A stretch of DNA of 64,000 nt from Muribaculum sp. (GTDB taxonomy: Bacteria > Bacteroidota > Bacteroidia > Bacteroidales > Muribaculaceae). Shown one piece after another: positions 50,511-61,116 of this stretch. The stretch is taken from the NCBI GenBank assembly GCA_009775095.1, contig VSOZ01000012.1:19801-83800 (forward strand), given 5' to 3'. The translations under genes and the position numbers were made by a program. Each line of letters starts with the position of its first letter. Position 1 is the first letter of the stretch. Under the pieces are notes generated by a model. The model was not told where the DNA came from. It searched no databases and saw only the letters and a program-made list of their open reading frames with translations.

Positions 50511-52037
50511 ATGTCGGAAATTAAGAAGATTAAGACCGCGTTAGTATCGGTGTACCACAAAGATGGTCTCGAAGAGATACTTGCAATGTTAAATAAAGAC
50601 GGAGTAAAATTTTTATCCACTGGTGGAACTCAGTCTTTTATCGAGAGCTTGGGTTACAAATGCGAGCTTGTTGAAGACCTTACAGGATATCCGTCGATAC
50701 TTGGCGGAAGAGTGAAAACTTTGCATCCTAAAGTATTCGGCGGCATACTCAACCGCCGTGACAATGAAAATGACCGCGAACAGATAAAACAATATGACAT
50801 ACCCGAAATAGACTTGGTCATCGTGGACCTCTACCCGTTTGTAGACACGGTGGCTTCGGGAGCATCGCACGAAGACATTATCGAGAAGATTGATATAGGC
50901 GGCATATCGCTTATACGTGCTGCCGCCAAGAACTACAATGACGTAATCATAGTGGCGTCCAAAGGACAATATAAGGCTCTTGCCGACATGCTCCGTGAAA
51001 AGGGTGCTCAATCATCGCTCGATGACCGTCGTTGGTTTGCCAAAGAAGCGTTTGCTGTAAGTTCGGGTTATGACAGCTCAATATTCAACTATTTTGATCT
51101 TCAGGACGGTCCGTCGGCCCTGCGCGTGGCAATCGACGGAGCGAAAACCATGAGATATGGCGAAAACCCCCACCAGAAAGGTTATTTCTTCGGCGATTTC
51201 GAAAAATTGTTCTCACAGCTTCACGGCAAGGAGATCTCATACAACAATCTGCTTGACATCGATGCTGCGGTAAACCTTATATCGGAATTTACCGATCCTA
51301 CGTTTGCCATTCTCAAGCACAACAACGCCTGCGGACTCGCTACCCGTACTACGATAAGCGAAGCTTGGAGCGCCGCTCTTGCCGGCGATCCCGTGTCGGC
51401 TTTCGGAGGTGTGCTGATCACCAACGGTACTGTCGACGGCCCCGCAGCCGAGGAGATCAACAAGATATTCTTTGAGGTTATAATAGCTCCTCAATACACC
51501 GACGAAGCCCTTGAGATACTCAAACAGAAAAAGAACCGTATAATTCTCGTACAAAAAGCCCCCGTGACAGAAAAGATGCAGTTCCGCTCATGTCTTAACG
51601 GCGCACTCGGACAAGAACGTGATCTTAAAGTCGAGACTAACGATGACCTCAAGCAGGCTACGGTGACTCCCGTGACTCCCGAACAGGTGAAAGACCTGCT
51701 TTTCGCCAACAAGATCGTAAAGAACTCCAAGAGCAACGCTATCGTTCTTGCCAAAGGGCTCCAACTCTACGCAAGCGGAGTAGGACAGACCTCGCGTGTC
51801 GACGCCCTCAAACAGGCAATAGCTAAGGCCAAGTCATTCGGCTTCGATCTAAACGGCGCTGTAATGGCATCGGATGCATTCTTCCCCTTCGCCGACTGTG
51901 TAGAGATAGCACACGAAGCAGGCATAAACGCGGTTATACAACCCGGAGGCTCCATACGCGATAACGACACCGTCGAATATTGCAACAATAATGGTATAGC
52001 CATGGTCATAACCGGCATACGCCACTTCAAGCATTAA
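50511..52037 (+). CDS. purH: Bifunctional AICAR transformylase / IMP cyclohydrolase
   Basis: LSTGGT, GRVKTLHP, IDIGG, RYGENPHQ, SDAFFPF, IQPGGS, RHFKH. Confidence 0.98.
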   Translation: MSEIKKIKTALVSVYHKDGLEEILAMLNKDGVKFLSTGGTQSFIESLGYKCELVEDLTGYPSILGGRVKTLHPKVFGGILNRRDNENDREQIKQYDIPEIDLVIVDLYPFVDTVASGASHEDIIEKIDIGGISLIRAAAKNYNDVIIVASKGQYKALADMLREKGAQSSLDDRRWFAKEAFAVSSGYDSSIFNYFDLQDGPSALRVAIDGAKTMRYGENPHQKGYFFGDFEKLFSQLHGKEISYNNLLDIDAAVNLISEFTDPTFAILKHNNACGLATRTTISEAWSAALAGDPVSAFGGVLITNGTVDGPAAEEINKIFFEVIIAPQYTDEALEILKQKKNRIILVQKAPVTEKMQFRSCLNGALGQERDLKVETNDDLKQATVTPVTPEQVKDLLFANKIVKNSKSNAIVLAKGLQLYASGVGQTSRVDALKQAIAKAKSFGFDLNGAVMASDAFFPFADCVEIAHEAGINAVIQPGGSIRDNDTVEYCNNNGIAMVITGIRHFKH

Positions 52038-52071
52038 TACAACACTCTCCAAATACGACTAATAAACTTAA

Positions 52072-53091
52072 ATGGGACTTTTCTCTTTCACAAAAGAAAT
52101 AGCCATCGATCTCGGTACGGCCAATACCATTATCATTCATAATGATAAGATCGTGATTGATGAGCCATCGATAGTGGCCCTCGACACCAAGACCGGCAAA
52201 CTAATAGCCGTAGGTACGGAGGCCCAGCAGATGCAGGGCAAAGAGCCGGAAGGCATACGTACCGTAAGACCCCTGCGCAAAGGAGTCATAGCCGACTTCA
52301 ACGCGGCCGAGCTAATGATACGCGGCCTCGTAAAAAAAGTAAGCACCAAGAGCAATTGGTTCTCACCATCACTCCGCATGGTGGTGGGCATACCCTCGGG
52401 CTCGACCGAAGTGGAGATACGTGCCGTACGCGACTCGTCGGAACATGCCGGCGGACGCGATGTTTACATGATCTATGAGCCAATGGCGGCAGCCCTCGGT
52501 ATCGGCCTTGACGTGCAGGCTCCGGAAGGCAACATGATTGTCGACATAGGCGGCGGAAGTTCGGAGATAGCCGTGATATCGCTCGGCGGCATCGTCAGCA
52601 ACAAGAGCATACAGATAGCCGGCGACGACCTGACCGACGACATACAGGAACATATGCGCCGCGCCCACAACATAAAAGTAGGCGAACGCACTGCTGAGCT
52701 TATAAAAATGAACGTAGGTTCCGCTCTGACCGAGCTTGAAAATCCGCCGGAAGACTATATTGTACACGGTCCCAACCAGATGACGGCCCTGCCGATGGAA
52801 GTGCCGGTAACCTATCAGGAGATATCGCACTGCATAGAAAAGTCAATATCCAAGATCGAGGCAGCAGTACTCAGCGCGCTCGAACAGACACCGCCCGAGC
52901 TATACGCCGACATCGTACGCAACGGTATTTGGCTTGCCGGAGGCGGCGCCTTGCTAAGAGGCCTCGACAAGCGTCTTGTAGATAAAATAGGTATACCGTT
53001 CCACATAGCGGAGGATCCGCTGCTCGCAGTGGCACGCGGAACAGGAGTAGCACTGAAGAACATCAACAAGTTCAAGTTCCTCATCCGATAA
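52072..53091 (+). CDS. mreB: Rod shape-determining protein MreB
   Basis: IDLGTANT, EPMAAALG, VDIGGGS, GGGALLRG. Confidence 0.97.
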   Translation: MGLFSFTKEIAIDLGTANTIIIHNDKIVIDEPSIVALDTKTGKLIAVGTEAQQMQGKEPEGIRTVRPLRKGVIADFNAAELMIRGLVKKVSTKSNWFSPSLRMVVGIPSGSTEVEIRAVRDSSEHAGGRDVYMIYEPMAAALGIGLDVQAPEGNMIVDIGGGSSEIAVISLGGIVSNKSIQIAGDDLTDDIQEHMRRAHNIKVGERTAELIKMNVGSALTELENPPEDYIVHGPNQMTALPMEVPVTYQEISHCIEKSISKIEAAVLSALEQTPPELYADIVRNGIWLAGGGALLRGLDKRLVDKIGIPFHIAEDPLLAVARGTGVALKNINKFKFLIR

Positions 53092-53118
53092 CCGCGTGCG
53101 GCAAGGTCACCGATTATT

Positions 53119-53155
53119 GTTAAAAGGAGTGCCGCTGTAAAGCGACACTCCTTAA
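53119..53155. terminator. Stem-loop between mreB and mreC
   Basis: AAGGAGTGCCGCT-GTAA-AGCGACACTCCTT; weak U-tail, so possibly a partial terminator or mRNA stabiliser. Confidence 0.5.
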
Positions 53156-53188
53156 CGGCTAATTTAATGTATAGGGCAATTTACTTAA

Positions 53189-54034
53189 ATGCATAATCTT
53201 CTTGACTTTTTCATAAAGTACAGCAAGTGGTTTGTTTTCATAATATATGTGGTCATAAGCTGCATATTGCTTGTCAATAACAATCCCTATCAACATTATA
53301 TATATCTTACCTCGGCCAACAAGGTAAGCTCGCTCGTGTTTAAAGCATCCAATTCGGTAACCTCCTATTTCTATCTTCATGACATCAACGAAGATCTGCA
53401 ACGGCGCAATGCAAGCCTCGAACAAGAGGTGATAAACCTGCGCCATCAGATAAAAGCCTACCGTGAAGAGATACAAGCCGACTCCTTGCGCATGGACTCC
53501 ACACTCATGCCGTTTGACTATATTTTAGCCGGAGTGATAAGCAATAGCGTGTCAAGAGCCCACAACTACATAACCATTGAAAAAGGAGCACTCGACTCAA
53601 TAAAACCCGAAATGGGAGTTGTAGATCAGAATGGAGTGGTGGGCATTGTAAACGTCGTCGGTGATCACTCGGCAAGAGTAATATCGCTGTTGAATCCGAA
53701 GATGAGACTGTCGTGCAAAGTAAAAGGACGCGAATATTTCGGATCATTGGTGTGGGACGGCAAGAGCCCGCACGAGGCATTGCTCGAAGAAATGCCGCGA
53801 CATGAAAGGTTCAAGAAAGGCGACACAATTGTAACCAGCGGATATTCAGCGGTTTTCCCACCGGATATACCTGTAGGCACCATAATTTCGCACGAGAAGG
53901 AGCATGACGATAACTTCTATGCGCTGCGTATAAAACTGTTTACCGATTTTACCACATTAAGCACGGTAAGGGTCATACGTAATTCTATGATCGACGAGCT
54001 CAATATGATAAAAGAGGGCGAGGAAAACGACTGA
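53189..54034 (+). CDS. mreC: Rod shape-determining protein MreC
   Basis: TM + coiled coil, GVVDQNGVVG, GDTIVTSG..FPPDIPVG; operon context. Confidence 0.95.
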   Translation: MHNLLDFFIKYSKWFVFIIYVVISCILLVNNNPYQHYIYLTSANKVSSLVFKASNSVTSYFYLHDINEDLQRRNASLEQEVINLRHQIKAYREEIQADSLRMDSTLMPFDYILAGVISNSVSRAHNYITIEKGALDSIKPEMGVVDQNGVVGIVNVVGDHSARVISLLNPKMRLSCKVKGREYFGSLVWDGKSPHEALLEEMPRHERFKKGDTIVTSGYSAVFPPDIPVGTIISHEKEHDDNFYALRIKLFTDFTTLSTVRVIRNSMIDELNMIKEGEEND

Positions 54035-54053
54035 CAAACTGAAACAAACCTGC

Positions 54054-54563
54054 ATGACGAAGACAATAATTCAATTTGCCATATTGACGGTGGTCCTGAT
54101 ACTTGCACAGGCAATGGTGTTCAACAACATATGTCTGTTCAACGTCGCGGTGCCATTCGTTTTCATCTACGTCTTGGTAAGGCTTCCGCTCAATCTCTCG
54201 ACAAATTGGGTACTGACAATAGGTTTCATGACAGGTCTGTCGGTTGACATATTTGCCAATACACAGGGAATGAATGCCCTTGCCTGCACTATACTCGCCA
54301 TGTCGCGACGCAACGTACTTCATCTATACTTTCCTCGCGAAGACGAACTTACCGATCCCGAACCGTCGACCAAGTCGCTGGGATTTGATGTGTATATGAA
54401 GTATCTGTTTACGCTTGTATTGCTATATTGTACTGTGATATTTCTTATCGAAGCATGTTCGTTTTTCGACCCGTTAAGACTGGGACTACGCATTGTATGT
54501 AGCTCGGTGCTGTCATTTCTGCTGCTTCTGGGCCTTGACAGCGTGTTGTCAAGACACGATTGA
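54054..54563 (+). CDS. mreD: Rod shape-determining protein MreD
   Basis: Hydrophobic membrane protein between mreC and PBP2. Confidence 0.88.
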   Translation: MTKTIIQFAILTVVLILAQAMVFNNICLFNVAVPFVFIYVLVRLPLNLSTNWVLTIGFMTGLSVDIFANTQGMNALACTILAMSRRNVLHLYFPREDELTDPEPSTKSLGFDVYMKYLFTLVLLYCTVIFLIEACSFFDPLRLGLRIVCSSVLSFLLLLGLDSVLSRHD

Positions 54564-54575
54564 AAACCACACACC

Positions 54576-56441
54576 ATGAGAAAAGATTACCGACTCGAGA
54601 AAAGGAAATACATAATCGGCGGCTTCATAATAGTCATAGTAGCCATATACATAATAAGGCTGTTCAACCTTCAGGTTATGGAAAACGACTACAAGCAGTT
54701 TGCCGACTCCAACGCGTTTATGCGCAAGACGCTTTATCCGTCGCGAGGCATGATGCACGACCGCAACGACAAACTCGTTGTGTACAATCAGCCGGCCTAC
54801 GACGTGATGATGATACCCAAGAACGTACAGGAGTTTGACACTCTCGATTTTTGTTCAGCGCTTAATATCACCAAGGAGCAATTTGTGAAACGTGTGCGCG
54901 ACATGAAGGACAAACGCCTTAACCCCGGATACTCGTCATATACTCCGCAACGGCTCATAACCCATATATCGGCACAAGACTACGGACGACTGCAGGAAAA
55001 GTTGTATCGCTTCCCGGGCTTTTTTATACAGCAACGCATACTACGTCAATATATGTACTCTACGGCGGCCAATGTACTCGGCAATATACGAGAGGTGTCG
55101 CAGCGCGACGTAGAGCGCGACCCCTACTACTCTGCCGGCGACTACTGCGGCGACCTCGGAGTGGAAAAAAGTTACGAAGAGTATTTGCGCGGAGAAAAAG
55201 GTGTCGAAATACTTATACGCGATGCTTACGGACGCATACAAGGCAAGTATGAAGACGGAGCACACGACATAGCGCCGGTGTCGGGACGCGATATAAAGCT
55301 GAGTCTCGATATCGACCTGCAGATGTATGGTGAAAAGCTGATGCAGAACAAGATCGGGGCCATCGTAGCCATAGAGCCTGCCACCGGCGAGATACTCGCC
55401 ATGGTGAGCAGTCCGACTTATGACCCGAAGCTCCTCGTTGGCAGAGAGAGAGGTAAAAACTACAATGACCTCGTCAACGACTTCTATAAGCCGCTGTTTG
55501 ACAGGGCGCTGATGGGCGCGTATCCTCCGGGATCTACCTTCAAGCCTTCGCAGGGTCTTATACTGCGACAGGAAGATATCATAACACTTACAACCGCTTT
55601 TCCATGTTATCACGGCTTCATTAACGGCGGTCTTAAGGTGGGATGTCACGGCCACGGCTCACCTATAGCACTCAAACCGGCGCTACAGACATCGTGCAAC
55701 GCATTTTTCTGCTGGGGTCTGAAAGCCATGCTTGACGGCAAGCGGGCAAAATACGGCTCTGCGGCCGAGGCCTTCGAAGTATGGAAGAAACACCTCGTTT
55801 CGCTCGGCTACGGCTATAAACTCGGCGTCGACCTACCCGGCGAAAGCCGCGGCTTTATACCTAACGCGAAGTTTTACAATAAGATATACGGTGAAAATCG
55901 ATGGAGCGCCAATACCATAATATCGATAGCCATAGGTCAGGGTGAGATATTAGCCACACCGTTACAGATAGCCAACCTGTGTGCCACCATAGCCAACCGC
56001 GGCTGGTTTATTACGCCCCATGTGGTAAAAGAGATACAAGACACGGTACTTCCGGCAGAGCTACGCGACAAGCGTTATCCGACGATCGACCGCCAGCACT
56101 TCGAGGATGTAGCCGAGGGTATGCGCATGGCCGTAACGGGCGGTACATGCCGGCTCGCCAACCTTAAAGATATTGAAGTGTGCGGCAAGACAGGTACAGC
56201 ACAGAACCCTCACGGCAAAGACCACTCCGCGTTTATCGGCTTCGCTCCGTATCATGACCCGAAGATAGCCATATGCGTATATGTAGAGAATGCCGGCTTC
56301 GGTGCCACCTACGGTGTGCCTATCGGTTCGTTGATGATAGAGAAATATCTGACCGACACCATAGCACCCGAGCGGCAGTATCTCGAAGACAGAATGTTTG
56401 AAGCTAACACAATCATAAGCAGTGGAGTCAAGAAACACTAA
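54576..56441 (+). CDS. mrdA: Penicillin-binding protein 2
   Basis: PGSTFK (SxxK), SCN (SxN), GKTGTAQ (KTG). Confidence 0.96.
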   Translation: MRKDYRLEKRKYIIGGFIIVIVAIYIIRLFNLQVMENDYKQFADSNAFMRKTLYPSRGMMHDRNDKLVVYNQPAYDVMMIPKNVQEFDTLDFCSALNITKEQFVKRVRDMKDKRLNPGYSSYTPQRLITHISAQDYGRLQEKLYRFPGFFIQQRILRQYMYSTAANVLGNIREVSQRDVERDPYYSAGDYCGDLGVEKSYEEYLRGEKGVEILIRDAYGRIQGKYEDGAHDIAPVSGRDIKLSLDIDLQMYGEKLMQNKIGAIVAIEPATGEILAMVSSPTYDPKLLVGRERGKNYNDLVNDFYKPLFDRALMGAYPPGSTFKPSQGLILRQEDIITLTTAFPCYHGFINGGLKVGCHGHGSPIALKPALQTSCNAFFCWGLKAMLDGKRAKYGSAAEAFEVWKKHLVSLGYGYKLGVDLPGESRGFIPNAKFYNKIYGENRWSANTIISIAIGQGEILATPLQIANLCATIANRGWFITPHVVKEIQDTVLPAELRDKRYPTIDRQHFEDVAEGMRMAVTGGTCRLANLKDIEVCGKTGTAQNPHGKDHSAFIGFAPYHDPKIAICVYVENAGFGATYGVPIGSLMIEKYLTDTIAPERQYLEDRMFEANTIISSGVKKH

Positions 56442-57888
56442 TCCATCGGTATTCCGTTACCTCGACTGGCCTACGGTCATCATATATTTTTTGCTCATCA
56501 TAGGCGGCATAATCTCCATCTATGCCGCAAGTTACGACTTTGACAACGCCTCGATATTCTCATTTGACGAGTTTTCAGGCAAGCAGTTGCGCTGGGTAGG
56601 GCTTGCGGTATTGGCAGGACTTGTCATACTGTTAATCGACTTCCGCATTTATGAGGCCTATGCCTACCCTATATACGGAGTGTTAATCATACTGCTGATA
56701 GTGACGATATTCATAGCCCCTGACATAAAAGGCTCCCGGTCATGGCTCGTAGTAGGCCCGATGAGCCTGCAACCGGCTGAATTTGCCAAATTTGCTACGT
56801 CATTGGCTTTGGCCAAGCTGTTCTCGTCATACAACTTCTCGCTCAACGCCTCACCGGTCAACTATGTAAAGGCATTGCTCATAATTTTTCTACCTGTCGG
56901 ACTTATACTCGCACAGAAAGAAACCGGGTCAGCATTGGCTTACATGGCACTGTTTTTTGTCCTGTACCGCGAGGGGATGAGCGGGCTTGTACTCACCGCC
57001 GCCCTATGTGCCGTCGTGTTTTTTGTCACGACCGTAAAATATACCGAGACTATAATCATGGGGATCCCGTCGGGCGAAGTAGCCGTATTCATCATGATCG
57101 AGCTAATCATGGTAGCCATGCTTGCCGTGTACTGCCGCCTGATAGCCGGTGCCCGCAACGTGCTGCTGTGGTTTCTTGTAACCGGTATCGGAGCATGGAT
57201 AGCCGGACTTTGCGGAGTCGAGCTATCGGGCATGGTATTTTTTCTGACAGTCATAGGCGTCGCTTCGCTCTACTGCCTGATACTCATGTTCAAGGCTCCG
57301 GCCCGTCATCTGCTTATCACAATAGGTGCGGCTCTGTGCTCGATAGCGTTTCTCTTCTCAGTCAACAAAGTATTTAATGAAGTCCTGCAACCCCATCAGC
57401 AACAGCGCATAAAAGTGTCGCTCGGCATTGTCGAGGACCTGCGCGGAGCCGGCTATAATGTAAACCAATCCAAGATAGCCATCGGCTCGGGAGGCATGGC
57501 CGGAAAAGGATTTCTCAACGGCACCCAGACCAAGCTCAAGTACGTGCCCGAGCAGCACACTGACTTCATATTCTGCACAATAGGCGAAGAAGAAGGCTTC
57601 ATAGGTACAACCGCCGTACTCGCCCTCTTCCTCATACTCATACTGCGCGTAATAGCCATAGCCGAACGCCAGCCAACCACTTTCGGACGCGTCTACGCCT
57701 ACTGCGTAGCCTCCTTCCTCATCTTCCACTTAGCCATCAACGTAGGCATGGTCATCGGGCTATGTCCCGTAATCGGCATACCCCTACCCTTCTTCAGCTA
57801 CGGCGGCTCCTCGCTATGGGGCTTCACCTTCCTCCTCTTCATCATGCTCCGCATCGACGCCTCGCGCCGCGAACACCTCAGCTACTAA
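56422..57888 (+). CDS. rodA: SEDS peptidoglycan polymerase RodA
   Basis: LQPAEFAK, QSKIAIGSGG, PEQHTDFIF, PFFSYGGSS. Confidence 0.96.
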   Translation: MESRNTNPSVFRYLDWPTVIIYFLLIIGGIISIYAASYDFDNASIFSFDEFSGKQLRWVGLAVLAGLVILLIDFRIYEAYAYPIYGVLIILLIVTIFIAPDIKGSRSWLVVGPMSLQPAEFAKFATSLALAKLFSSYNFSLNASPVNYVKALLIIFLPVGLILAQKETGSALAYMALFFVLYREGMSGLVLTAALCAVVFFVTTVKYTETIIMGIPSGEVAVFIMIELIMVAMLAVYCRLIAGARNVLLWFLVTGIGAWIAGLCGVELSGMVFFLTVIGVASLYCLILMFKAPARHLLITIGAALCSIAFLFSVNKVFNEVLQPHQQQRIKVSLGIVEDLRGAGYNVNQSKIAIGSGGMAGKGFLNGTQTKLKYVPEQHTDFIFCTIGEEEGFIGTTAVLALFLILILRVIAIAERQPTTFGRVYAYCVASFLIFHLAINVGMVIGLCPVIGIPLPFFSYGGSSLWGFTFLLFIMLRIDASRREHLSY

Positions 57889-57968
57889 CCGCCGCCACCA
57901 AACAGTAAGGGGACGCCGGCACCCCGACATCCCCATGTTTACGTAAGCGCAAGCTCTCCGCCTAACCT

Positions 57969-59285
57969 TCAGTCACGCCGAAATATGTCACGCGTATATA
58001 CCTTGTCGGCAACATCATCGAGGATCGGGTCATAACGGTTGGCGATAATAGCATGACTGCGCCTTTTGAACTCATCCAGATTGTTTACTACCGTGCTTCC
58101 GAAGAATGTCGTGCCGTCATCCAGAGTAGGTTCATATATTATGACCTCGGCACCTTTAGCCTTTATACGCTTCATTACCCCCTGTATAGATGACTGACGG
58201 AAGTTGTCGGAATTAGACTTCATCGTAAGGCGATAAACACCTATCACACACTTATGTTCGGCGGCCTTACCGTAAGTATTTACAGCAGTGTAATCATAAT
58301 AACCGGCTTTGCGCAACACCTGATCGGCAATAAAGTCCTTACGGGTACGGTTGCTCTCAACAATTGCCGACATCATATTTTGTGGAACATCAGCATAGTT
58401 GGCAAGCAACTGCTTGGTATCCTTCGGCAAGCAGTAACCTCCGTAGCCGAATGACGGATTGTTATAATGTGTACCTATACGCGGATCAAGGCCGATGCCA
58501 TTGATTATAGATTGTGTGTCAAGCCCCTTGATCTCGGCATAAGTGTCAAGCTCATTAAAATAGCTCACACGAAGAGCAAGATATGTGTTGGCAAAGAGTT
58601 TCACCGCTTCTGCCTCCTTCATACCCATGAACAACGTTGGGATATCAGCTTTTAGAGCGCCTTGCTGCAACAGAGAGGCAAAAGTGCGGGCCTCGTTTTC
58701 TAAAAATGCGAGATCGGCAATACCGCTGATTGCCTCATTTTCAGCCCTAAACTCGGGCGAGGCAATCAGCTTGGGATATCCGACAATTATACGACTTGGA
58801 TACAGGTTGTCATACAACGCCTTACTTTCTCGCAAGAATTCGGGCGAAAAAAGCAGGTTCAACTTCGTGACACCGGCTTGCGCATAACGCAAATATAGGC
58901 TTCGACAGTACCCTGCCGGAATAGTCGATTTTATCACCATCACAGCATCGGGGTTAACGCTCAACACGAGGTCAATGACATCCTCAATACAGTGAGTGTC
59001 AAAATAATTTTTTATCGGGTCATAATTGGTCGGCGCCGCAATCACAACAAAATCGGCTTTACTGTATGCCTCCGCTCCGTCAAGAGTGGCGGTAAGATCA
59101 AGCGGTTTCTCCGCAAGATACTTTTCTATATACTCATCCTGTATAGGTGATATGCGCCTGTTTATTTTGTCGACTTTCTCGGGAACTACGTCAACTGCCG
59201 TCACGCTGTTGTGCTGCGCCAGCAGTGTAGCTATCGACATGCCAACATAACCTGTCCCCGCAACCGCTATGTTATATTTTTTCAT
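57969..59285 (-). CDS. ugd: UDP-glucose 6-dehydrogenase
   Basis: [32 protein letters not shown]. Confidence 0.95.
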   Translation of the reverse strand: MKKYNIAVAGTGYVGMSIATLLAQHNSVTAVDVVPEKVDKINRRISPIQDEYIEKYLAEKPLDLTATLDGAEAYSKADFVVIAAPTNYDPIKNYFDTHCIEDVIDLVLSVNPDAVMVIKSTIPAGYCRSLYLRYAQAGVTKLNLLFSPEFLRESKALYDNLYPSRIIVGYPKLIASPEFRAENEAISGIADLAFLENEARTFASLLQQGALKADIPTLFMGMKEAEAVKLFANTYLALRVSYFNELDTYAEIKGLDTQSIINGIGLDPRIGTHYNNPSFGYGGYCLPKDTKQLLANYADVPQNMMSAIVESNRTRKDFIADQVLRKAGYYDYTAVNTYGKAAEHKCVIGVYRLTMKSNSDNFRQSSIQGVMKRIKAKGAEVIIYEPTLDDGTTFFGSTVVNNLDEFKRRSHAIIANRYDPILDDVADKVYTRDIFRRD

Positions 59286-59291
59286 AATGTA

Positions 59292-60062
59292 CTATCTTCG
59301 ATATTTAAAATATGATATGAATGCCCAACATATAATATTATATAAACTCGGAACCAGTCCGATTTTTTCAACTTTGTAAAGTACATTCCATTGTGGTTTT
59401 ATAACTTTGGTCTTATTTCCGGTAACAGATGTCTTTCGCATGCGATAATCGACTAAAATATCAGAATTTCCATAGCCGTATTCAATATTCTTAAACATCT
59501 TAAGCCAATACACATAATCATCTCTCATGCTCCCGAGCTCCTCATTGAAAAATATCTTCTCCGTTTTTTGTGTATCATAAATAGCCGTTGACGGGAATAT
59601 CGGACAAGTTTTCAAGAGAGATTTATAACTTACTTTTTCGGGAACAATAAATGGTCTAAGCAACTCCTCTTTGGTATTTTCATCAATTCTTCGATAAGAA
59701 GAGAATACCAACGGAGCATCCTTATCAGCCATGAAACTCATTTGCTTCTCAAGAAAATCAGTATGCCATATATCATCGGAATCAAGGAATGCTATGTAAC
59801 GTCCTTTTGCCTCATGCAGAGCTATATTTCGAGCGCCTGACGAACCGCGGTTTTCTTTGGCGGCAATCAACTTTATGCGGCCATCATCCTTGCTGTATTT
59901 TTCCACCTCCGCTATGCCTGCACCATTATCAGGCGAACAGTCATCCACAATTATCATTTCCCAATTGTCATAACTCTGCGATAATACACTTCTGATTGTT
60001 TCTCCGACAAATGCAGCACCTTTATACATCGGAGTAATTATTGACACTAATTCTTTTTCCAT
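59292..60062 (-). CDS. Glycosyltransferase family 2
   Basis: VSIITP, IVDDCS, ARNIAL, FLDSDD. Confidence 0.92.
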   Translation of the reverse strand: MEKELVSIITPMYKGAAFVGETIRSVLSQSYDNWEMIIVDDCSPDNGAGIAEVEKYSKDDGRIKLIAAKENRGSSGARNIALHEAKGRYIAFLDSDDIWHTDFLEKQMSFMADKDAPLVFSSYRRIDENTKEELLRPFIVPEKVSYKSLLKTCPIFPSTAIYDTQKTEKIFFNEELGSMRDDYVYWLKMFKNIEYGYGNSDILVDYRMRKTSVTGNKTKVIKPQWNVLYKVEKIGLVPSLYNIICWAFISYFKYRR

Positions 60063-60096
60063 TTACGCACCATTAAATTGATTGCATTTTGTAATA

Positions 60097-61053
60097 TTAA
60101 ATGGGGACTTCCGGCCATCGGATTTTCAAATATTCACCGATCAGTTTTGAACTGAATGTACCGGGATAAGTACCCATCTCGGTTTTTGTTGTAAGTTTAA
60201 AGCAATAATTTTCAGAACATTTTTTATTATATATCCGAGAGTCGAATTTTCCATTACGATTAATTATGAACCATTGTATATCGGGATTATTATCAGGACA
60301 ATCGTTAATCGTATCTCTTATAAAGGAATAATGCAAATAGCAATACTGAATCAACCTATCGGTGAAAAAATAATCAATCAAATGATCATTATTTTCCCAA
60401 TAATAAATCATCATACTATACACTATTTTAAATAATGAAGTATCGGTTCCTCCAATAAGTCCGACATGCCACTTACCAATATGTCTCGGATGGCAGCTAT
60501 AAAATCCCAGATTACCATACTCCTTTGGCATTGGTTTTACCATGATTATATTTGCATCTAACCATATGCCACCATACTTAGAAATAAGTCCAAACCTTAT
60601 TATATCTGTCAAATGCTGAATGACTACCCCCCCCCGTTTAGACTTATTAACAATTACGGCTGGTAATTCAATCCATTCTTGTAAATTATTTTTATCTATT
60701 AAACGAACATCATAATTATCACAATTACGTATAATCGACCGGATAGTTTTCTTGATTAGGTCAGGAGCATCTTTTAATCCCTGCCACCAACATACCCAAA
60801 TTATGGGCACTTCATTTTTTACACAATAAGATTCCTCATTAACAGTGATATAAGGAGCAATTTTTCTATCAATATAGTTTAAGATATTATCTGTGTGCCA
60901 TCTCTCAAATATAATAGCACCCTTCTCAAACTTAATATATTTAAAACATCGGGAAATAACTCCGATAAAAAAATGAGATAATCCTAATATTTTGATACTT
61001 GGTACAGACCGCTTAAAATAATAATTTAAGCGCGAAAATAAAGAGCCAGTCAT
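60097..61053 (-). CDS. Capsular polysaccharide synthesis protein (GT32-like)
   Basis: IWVCWWQG, DIIRFGLISKYGGIWLDA, IDYF. Confidence 0.85.
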   Translation of the reverse strand: MTGSLFSRLNYYFKRSVPSIKILGLSHFFIGVISRCFKYIKFEKGAIIFERWHTDNILNYIDRKIAPYITVNEESYCVKNEVPIIWVCWWQGLKDAPDLIKKTIRSIIRNCDNYDVRLIDKNNLQEWIELPAVIVNKSKRGGVVIQHLTDIIRFGLISKYGGIWLDANIIMVKPMPKEYGNLGFYSCHPRHIGKWHVGLIGGTDTSLFKIVYSMMIYYWENNDHLIDYFFTDRLIQYCYLHYSFIRDTINDCPDNNPDIQWFIINRNGKFDSRIYNKKCSENYCFKLTTKTEMGTYPGTFSSKLIGEYLKIRWPEVPI

Positions 61054-61116
61054 AGCCGAAATATATATATTGATTTATACCTTTGTGCTTGTATGATTAA
61101 ATAATCTGGCCTTCGG

